64,000 nucleotides of DNA from a virus. The position numbers and the translations under genes are program-made. The notes under the pieces were generated by a model, which had not been told where the DNA came from, did no database searches, and saw only the letters and a program-made list of their open reading frames with translations. Location: IMG/VR virus record IMGVR_UViG_3300025073_000448. One strand, 5' to 3'. Below are positions 57,822 through 64,000 of the stretch, piece after piece; position 1 is the stretch's first letter; each line of letters begins with the position of its first letter.

Positions 57822-59102
57822 ATGGACTGGGGTGGAGCACTAAGTGGCGCGGCAACCATAGGAAGCTCGGTTTTCAGCTATCTCAACGGCAAGAAGGCCA
57901 TGGGAATGGCCGAGGATATGTACGGGGCGTCGCAGGAGCTTACCGAAGCTCAGGCCGCCCTGATTATGCAAATGATGGGGCAGTCCGGAGAACAGTGGGA
58001 ATACTGGAAGAAATTCGAGCTTCCCATTCAAAGGCAGCTCTCGAAGGACTACTTGAATACCTACCTCCCCATGCAAAAGCAGGTGGCCAGGGCATACATG
58101 CGCGACCAGCTCCCGCTGGAGCACAAGATCATGGTGCAGGCGCAGGAAGAACCGAAGTATGACACGCTCATGGGCCAGGCCGCTGCCGATGTTGCACAGG
58201 GCTTCGACAACACCCGGGAGCAATCCGAGCGCGCCCTTGGCCGGTATGGCATCAACCCGAATTCCGGGAGGTTTGCCGACGCTCAGAGACAGCAGGATCT
58301 CGCGCAATCAGCCATGACCGCCGGGGCAAGAACGACGGCTCGGGACAAGGCGGATGAGGTGAGTTGGGGGAGGCGCATTCAGGCAGCCGGGATCAAGCGC
58401 GGGCTGGCCTATCCTTCACCAAGCTCGGGATTTGCAAACATGGCTACGACAACCCAGGGTCAGGCACTGGCCGGCGCCGGAAATGCCGCGAGCCAGTACG
58501 CGAGCCTCGGAAATACGGCGGCCGAATACGGAGCGCAGAGCATGTACGGGCTCGGGCAGGGATTGAATCAGCTCACGGGGAGCGGGAGCGGGTCGCTTCA
58601 GGGAATGTGGAATAACATTTCAGGGCTGTTCAAGGAATACGGCGGGCCGGTTCGGGAAGGAGAGCGGTATATTGTCGGTGAAGCCGGGCCGGAAGAGTTC
58701 GTTGCGCCCGCTGACGGGATGATCGTTCCAAATCCTGCGACCATGGAGCAGATGGGGCGGTGGCAGGGCGGGGGCGGGGGCGGCGGCGGAATAATGGATG
58801 GCGGCGGAATGATGGGCGGTGGCGGTATTCCTGGAAGGGGCAGGGGCCTCATGAGTGCCGACGGTGAAGGATATGGCGAAGGCGGTTATGGCGCAGGAAA
58901 CAGGCAAGCCCCTCCCCTTCAAGGCGGATTCCCCAAAAACGTGCCCTGCAGAACGGCTAATCATGAAGATCCTCCCATGGATATGATTCAGGCCGGGGAG
59001 ATTTCGGAATTGCTGAGAAAGCTGGTTGAGCTTTCCGGGGGGAAGTCCTTGATGGGGAGTGGTGCTCCGCTTTCCGGGGAGATTGTTTTGCGGCAGGGGT
59101 AG
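57822..59102 (+). CDS. Putative ejection/DNA-transfer protein
   Basis: AAADVAQGF...LGRYGINPNSGRF; Gly/Ala-rich; GGPV..YIVGEAGPE motif. Confidence 0.7.
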   Translation: MDWGGALSGAATIGSSVFSYLNGKKAMGMAEDMYGASQELTEAQAALIMQMMGQSGEQWEYWKKFELPIQRQLSKDYLNTYLPMQKQVARAYMRDQLPLEHKIMVQAQEEPKYDTLMGQAAADVAQGFDNTREQSERALGRYGINPNSGRFADAQRQQDLAQSAMTAGARTTARDKADEVSWGRRIQAAGIKRGLAYPSPSSGFANMATTTQGQALAGAGNAASQYASLGNTAAEYGAQSMYGLGQGLNQLTGSGSGSLQGMWNNISGLFKEYGGPVREGERYIVGEAGPEEFVAPADGMIVPNPATMEQMGRWQGGGGGGGGIMDGGGMMGGGGIPGRGRGLMSADGEGYGEGGYGAGNRQAPPLQGGFPKNVPCRTANHEDPPMDMIQAGEISELLRKLVELSGGKSLMGSGAPLSGEIVLRQG

Positions 59103-59204
59103 GAACTGAATCGAGCAATGCTATTTCATTTTTACCCTAATTATTGAACCATAAAATAAAATGACCACTCACAATAACCGTGAATCGCAATAAGGAGAAA
59201 GTCC

Positions 59205-61460
59205 ATGGCTGGATGGGGAGGCATCGTATCCGGTACGGCTCCGAGCTTGATGTATAAAGGCTACCAGGACGCACAAACGCAGGAGCTTGGCCAGCAGCGG
59301 GCGGGCCTCGTAAACCAGGGACTGCAAAGCGAGATCGACCAGCAGAAAGCAAATGAGCCGCTAGTGAATGCCGAGCGCGGGCTCAAGATGGAAGGGCTCG
59401 AGGAGCAGAAGAACTACAACGCCTTCATGCGTGATTTCCTTCCCGTGGCAAAGCGGGCCGTGGCGACGCAGGACCCCCAAGTCGTGGCCGACATGCTGAG
59501 CTATGACGGGTATGTACCCGACGGAAGGAAGTACAAGGGCGGCGTCAAGGTTGATCCGAGAACTGGAGTGAAGGCGTTCACCCTTACCGATGATGCCGGG
59601 AATGCACAGGAGTTCGGCAGCATCAACGAGATGTTGGAAGTCCCCATTGCCCTGGCTAATCCCAAGAACTTCATGGGATGGATAGAGGCAAGCCGGCAGA
59701 GCAGGGCCAAGGAAGCTCAGTGGATGAAGGACAGGGCATGGGACGTTCGGAAGATGGGGATTGAGCGGGCCAATAAGCTCGAGGAGTTGGATGTCGGGCA
59801 CGGGTACAAGCTTGACGAGGCAACGCATCAGGGAAGCATCGATGTTCAAAAGGCCAGGCTTACCCCGACCCCCGAAGAGAAGAACACCATGATGTATGTA
59901 GAGTCCCTCGGGGTCGATCCCGTTCAGGCCAACATGATCATGCACTCCGTGAGCCGGGGGGATGATGCCGCATATCAGCGCGCGGTGCTGGCGGCGGCCG
60001 GGAACATCTTCCAGAATTCTTTCGATACCGAGTCGGCACAGAAGAAGGTTGATGGGCTGAAGGCTTATGCCGACAAGCTCAGAAAGTCTTCCTTGTGGGG
60101 TGCTGGCGGTGCTGGTGGTGGCGGTGAAGGTGGGGTGGGGAGTGCTGGGCAGGAAGGTCAAGCAGTCCATGGAGATCCTCAATCGGTTTATGATCAGATC
60201 AGGACGAAGTATCCCAACAAGTCCGAAGCAGAGATCAAGAAGGCGGCAGAGGCCATATCTCAGAAACTATCGCAGGGTGGAGGCGGCGGTGGGGCGACTG
60301 GCGGTGGAGTAGGGGGCGCTCCGGGTGAAGCGTTACCCTCGAAGGGAGGAGGCCTATCCCCTTCAAAGCAACGCACCATCCAAGAGCTTGACCAGATCGA
60401 GACGACCATCCCGAGTCAGAACATGATCAGGAAACCCATACCTCGTCCCCAGGGACAGCCAGAACAGCAACAGCCCGGACAGCAGCAAGTGCAAAATCGC
60501 GGGCTTTCCGATACGATCCTTTCGGCGCTTTCACCGAGCGCGGCCTATGCAGGAGAGCCCCAGGCTCAACAGCAACCCCTTTCCACGGGAACGGAAATTG
60601 GTGCGGCGGGCACAAGTCCAAACGCATCGCTTCCCATGCTTTCTGAGCGAGCTAATCGGTTTCTCTTTCAAGGATCGGAAGGGGAAGGCAGCGATGTGGG
60701 TGGTGGCGGCGTCAACGGAAATGTGTCGAGAAGGCCGGTATGGGGCGAAGGTGCGGCATCGGGGCTCATGATGTCCCAGTATGCCCCCGAAGCATGGCAG
60801 GGAATGTCCTCCGGGGAGCAGGCGAGATATGAAATGGAAAGGCCGGGCGAGATATCGCGGTGGCAAGGCGGCGGGGGCAACGGTGGTGGCGGAGGCGGTC
60901 TTCAATCCAATACCATTCGACAGCCAATCCCTCAGGCTGAGAATATTCAGTCCAACATGATCAGACAGCCCATGCCTTCGCCTGTTCAGTCAAATATCGT
61001 AAGGCAGCCAATGCCGTCACAGGTTCAATCCAACACGATCCGAAGGCCAATCCCTCAGGCATCAATATCATCGCAGCAGCAAGCTTCTCCCCAGCAGTCT
61101 CAGCAGCAAACTCCCTCCCAGCAGCGTCTGATAACCGACAAGTGGGGCGATCAGGTAATCCCTGGAAGGGGAACGCCGGTTCTCTGGCACGAGCTCCCCG
61201 TGAGAGACAGGGCCGAGGACGTGCAGCAAGTGGTGAGCGGAGAGCGATCCATGGGGGCAAGGAAGGACAAAGCCATTTTCGAGGCTTTTGCCCTGGCGAA
61301 CGAAGATCCGGCGCTTGCGGCCGAGGTGCTGGCCATGGGGATGAAGGTGGGAAAGATCCCGCCTATTTTCATGTGGGAGAGCGATAATACTGCGCTGCCT
61401 GAGTATCAGCAGGGAGGAGGAAATATTGGTGGCGGATTAGCCGGCGGAATGAGACAATAG
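59205..61460 (+). CDS. Putative internal virion protein, Q/P/G-rich
   Basis: AAGGAG RBS; position; short tandem peptide repeats. Confidence 0.7.
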   Translation: MAGWGGIVSGTAPSLMYKGYQDAQTQELGQQRAGLVNQGLQSEIDQQKANEPLVNAERGLKMEGLEEQKNYNAFMRDFLPVAKRAVATQDPQVVADMLSYDGYVPDGRKYKGGVKVDPRTGVKAFTLTDDAGNAQEFGSINEMLEVPIALANPKNFMGWIEASRQSRAKEAQWMKDRAWDVRKMGIERANKLEELDVGHGYKLDEATHQGSIDVQKARLTPTPEEKNTMMYVESLGVDPVQANMIMHSVSRGDDAAYQRAVLAAAGNIFQNSFDTESAQKKVDGLKAYADKLRKSSLWGAGGAGGGGEGGVGSAGQEGQAVHGDPQSVYDQIRTKYPNKSEAEIKKAAEAISQKLSQGGGGGGATGGGVGGAPGEALPSKGGGLSPSKQRTIQELDQIETTIPSQNMIRKPIPRPQGQPEQQQPGQQQVQNRGLSDTILSALSPSAAYAGEPQAQQQPLSTGTEIGAAGTSPNASLPMLSERANRFLFQGSEGEGSDVGGGGVNGNVSRRPVWGEGAASGLMMSQYAPEAWQGMSSGEQARYEMERPGEISRWQGGGGNGGGGGGLQSNTIRQPIPQAENIQSNMIRQPMPSPVQSNIVRQPMPSQVQSNTIRRPIPQASISSQQQASPQQSQQQTPSQQRLITDKWGDQVIPGRGTPVLWHELPVRDRAEDVQQVVSGERSMGARKDKAIFEAFALANEDPALAAEVLAMGMKVGKIPPIFMWESDNTALPEYQQGGGNIGGGLAGGMRQ

Positions 61461-61518
61461 CGGCACCCATGAAGCATTCGCATTTGGTTCTCCCTCGAAA
61501 GGAAAGGATCACCCACCC

Positions 61519-64000
61519 ATGGCCTACGATGGACGCATCATCGATGAAATGGCGGCTGAGCTTCTCGGCCCTCCCGCGACCGCCGCAACACAGCCAGCGA
61601 CTACCGCAACGCCCATTGATACCGCATTACCTGAAGCACCGGCAGCACCGGTCAGCCCCACCATCCCCGACGCCGCGCCGATGGTCCAGGAGGATTCAAT
61701 GGGCACGACAGAACAGCCATTCATTCCATCGCAAGCCTCACCAGTCTTCCAGGCTCCGCAAGCCTCACCCACGTCACCCCAGCCCCCCCCCACCTTCAAG
61801 GCATCCCAAATCGACGCCCTGGCCGAGCAGATCTTCGGCCCCGCCCCGGAGCCGCGCACGGCGACAACGCGACGCATGGCATCGGCATCTCGCGGACTGG
61901 CTGGCGGTCTTTCCGATGGCGGCATGGGCATTGGACCGCAAGGTGGGGTAGTCCGCGGCTACGACATATCAAGATACGCGACCGATCCACGCCACGAGCA
62001 GAGCGTAGCCAGATATGCAAACGAGCTTTCCAGTCTCAATTCCATCGAAGCCATAGACGCCCATATTCAATCCGTGGCCCCTGGAAGCCCCGTAACCGGT
62101 TCAATGGTGGCTTCCTCTGCCAGCAGGTACAACGTTGATCCCTTTGTCGTTCTGGCGCTCATGAGGCAGGATAGTTCATACGGAACGCTCGGAAAGGGAG
62201 CCAGGACATTCAATCCCGGAAATGTTGGAAATGACGATGCCGGGAACATGAAGAACTTCGGCGACTGGCAGCGGGGCGTTGACGCCGTGGCCGGATGGCT
62301 CTCTCGACACAAAGCCGGTTCTAGCGGCGGTCTCCTCGGCCTCCAACCCTTCACGGCCAACGCCCCGCCGGCATCCCTGGAAACGCGCCGCCGCGCCCTC
62401 GGCTTGATCGGGATGCAGACTCCGGAGGACATTGCCGCGCAGAAGCGAAGAGAAGCTTGGGAAAGCTCCGTTGACGACATGGCTACCGAGATCCTCGGAC
62501 CTCCCGGGGTTGGTATGGCGGAAAAAGACAAGGAATCCACCGAAGCAAAACTCGCAGGAATGGGGGTTATAGGAAAAGCCCTCGCCACGGGCGGTATAGC
62601 CGGGGTCGCTTCCCTTCTGAGATCATACCGCCATGAAGGGCCGAGAGCCGAAGCTGAATCCATCGACAAGGCCATCAAATACTTCGAGCGTCCGGCAAAT
62701 GAATTTGCAAAAGCGCACGAAGACGACAAGCGCACCATCTTCGGGATCAAGCTCAAGGACATAGCCGATCTTGCTCCTGGTTTGGGTGCTACCGCCGGGA
62801 CTCTGGCCGTTGCAGTCCCCGTTGCCGTAGCAACGACCGCAGCCACGGCACCCTTTCTTGGTCCTGCATCCCCGTGGGTGGGCCGCTCGGCCGGTATGGC
62901 GGCGGCGGCCGCAACACTCCCTATCGCAAAGCGTGCCGACGAGGACCAACTGTTCGAGAGCATAAAGGACGTGCTTGACAACGAATCCATGAAGCAGCGC
63001 GGAAGCAAGCTCACTCAGGACGAGCTCGACGCCGTAAGGGAGAAATACAAGGAGAAGATCAGTCAGCATGGATGGTGGGAAGGCCTGACCGAATCGGCCG
63101 ATACCGCATTGGATTTTGCGATCAGCCTCACCCCGGCCAAGAAGTTCATGGCGCCGGTTGCGAAGTTGTTCCAGTCTCCTTCAGTTCAAGCTCTCCTAAA
63201 AAACCGCATCGTTGGAATGGCCGGAAAGCTCACGGCAATGATGGGGTCGGAAATGGCGCAGGAGGCTGTAACTGCTGCCGGTGTTCCTGGAATGCGCGAT
63301 ACCCTTGGCGGCGGGCAGGCGGACATAGAGCACGCCGTTGGATTGAGGAAGCCATACCAAGGATGGGTGGAGGAAGCCATCCCCGCAGCAAAACAGGCCG
63401 CGCTCCAGACAGCCATCACATTCCCTCTCTTTCAGGCTGGCGGGCATCTTGCCCGGAAGTACCGGGATCGAGGGAAAGGCGGGGAGAGTGATGCCGGAAG
63501 AGAAGATAGTACCGAACACCCCTCGACCCCTCCTTCCGAACAAGAATCTATCACAGAATCATCTCCGCCGCAAGCCCCACAACCCCCTCCTTCGCGGACC
63601 TACCTCCAAGGCATCGACAAGCAGCCGCTCCCCACGACGAGATTGGACCTGGAAGCCGAGTATCAATACCTTGAAGGGATAGCCAAGTCCCCGCCGCAAA
63701 ACCTCGACGTCGAGGCATTTAGGAGGCGAAGAAGCCAGATCGTCAACGCGCTCAACGCAGAGAATTTGTATGATCAACGTCTTGCTCCTAGAGTCCAAAT
63801 GCCGACGAAAGCACAGCTGGAGCAGGCTTGGCTCGGGACACAGGATTCTTTGTTTGCCGAGACAGAAACTCCATCGCAAGCAAAGCCAGAGACTCAACAA
63901 CCAGAAGCCACACAATCAACAAATCCCAAGGAGGCATGGCGCGGAATAGTTCCGAATCTCTTGAAAATGTCCAAGGATGAAATGGTCCGGTATGCACAGG
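61519..64000 (+). CDS. Large internal virion protein with lysozyme-like domain (runs off the window end)
   Basis: Manual translation open to the end; SASRYNVDPFVVLALMRQDSSYG...FNPGNVG. Confidence 0.75.
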   Translation, partial: MAYDGRIIDEMAAELLGPPATAATQPATTATPIDTALPEAPAAPVSPTIPDAAPMVQEDSMGTTEQPFIPSQASPVFQAPQASPTSPQPPPTFKASQIDALAEQIFGPAPEPRTATTRRMASASRGLAGGLSDGGMGIGPQGGVVRGYDISRYATDPRHEQSVARYANELSSLNSIEAIDAHIQSVAPGSPVTGSMVASSASRYNVDPFVVLALMRQDSSYGTLGKGARTFNPGNVGNDDAGNMKNFGDWQRGVDAVAGWLSRHKAGSSGGLLGLQPFTANAPPASLETRRRALGLIGMQTPEDIAAQKRREAWESSVDDMATEILGPPGVGMAEKDKESTEAKLAGMGVIGKALATGGIAGVASLLRSYRHEGPRAEAESIDKAIKYFERPANEFAKAHEDDKRTIFGIKLKDIADLAPGLGATAGTLAVAVPVAVATTAATAPFLGPASPWVGRSAGMAAAAATLPIAKRADEDQLFESIKDVLDNESMKQRGSKLTQDELDAVREKYKEKISQHGWWEGLTESADTALDFAISLTPAKKFMAPVAKLFQSPSVQALLKNRIVGMAGKLTAMMGSEMAQEAVTAAGVPGMRDTLGGGQADIEHAVGLRKPYQGWVEEAIPAAKQAALQTAITFPLFQAGGHLARKYRDRGKGGESDAGREDSTEHPSTPPSEQESITESSPPQAPQPPPSRTYLQGIDKQPLPTTRLDLEAEYQYLEGIAKSPPQNLDVEAFRRRRSQIVNALNAENLYDQRLAPRVQMPTKAQLEQAWLGTQDSLFAETETPSQAKPETQQPEATQSTNPKEAWRGIVPNLLKMSKDEMVRYAQ

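Overview
The whole window reads as one tailed dsDNA phage genome, podovirus-like and moderately GC-rich. It is truncated at both ends, and no host genes, integrase, CI repressor, tRNA or cas genes are visible. Layout: leftward recombination/early block (1-10811: RecD2-like helicase, SSB-like protein, PolB-type 3'-5' exonuclease, SMC/SbcC-like ATPase, three free-standing HNH nucleases); rightward block (10978-22497: Cro-like HTH, primase-helicase, candidate origin, small accessory genes, VRR-NUC, a two-repeat type I-E CRISPR mini-array, DenV-like gene); short leftward block (22570-24591); late block (25383-end: lysis genes, terminase, portal with an HNH intein, scaffold, major capsid, adaptors, two tailspikes, nozzle, ejection proteins). 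Most unusual: (1) four three-way-junction RNA elements, three of them inside ~45-codon uORFs directly upstream of two HNH genes and of a protein that duplicates the primase C-terminal domain, each with an exposed segment complementary to nearby ribosome-binding regions (resembles P4 CI / P1 c4 logic); (2) a palindromic CCTT(C/G)AAGG motif in at least 24 exact copies, with two 47-bp REP-like hairpins built from it; (3) a cas-less, leaderless I-E mini-array inside an operon; (4) six signal-peptide-bearing genes inside the virion module. All assignments come from motif recognition by eye. No database searches or folding programs were run.
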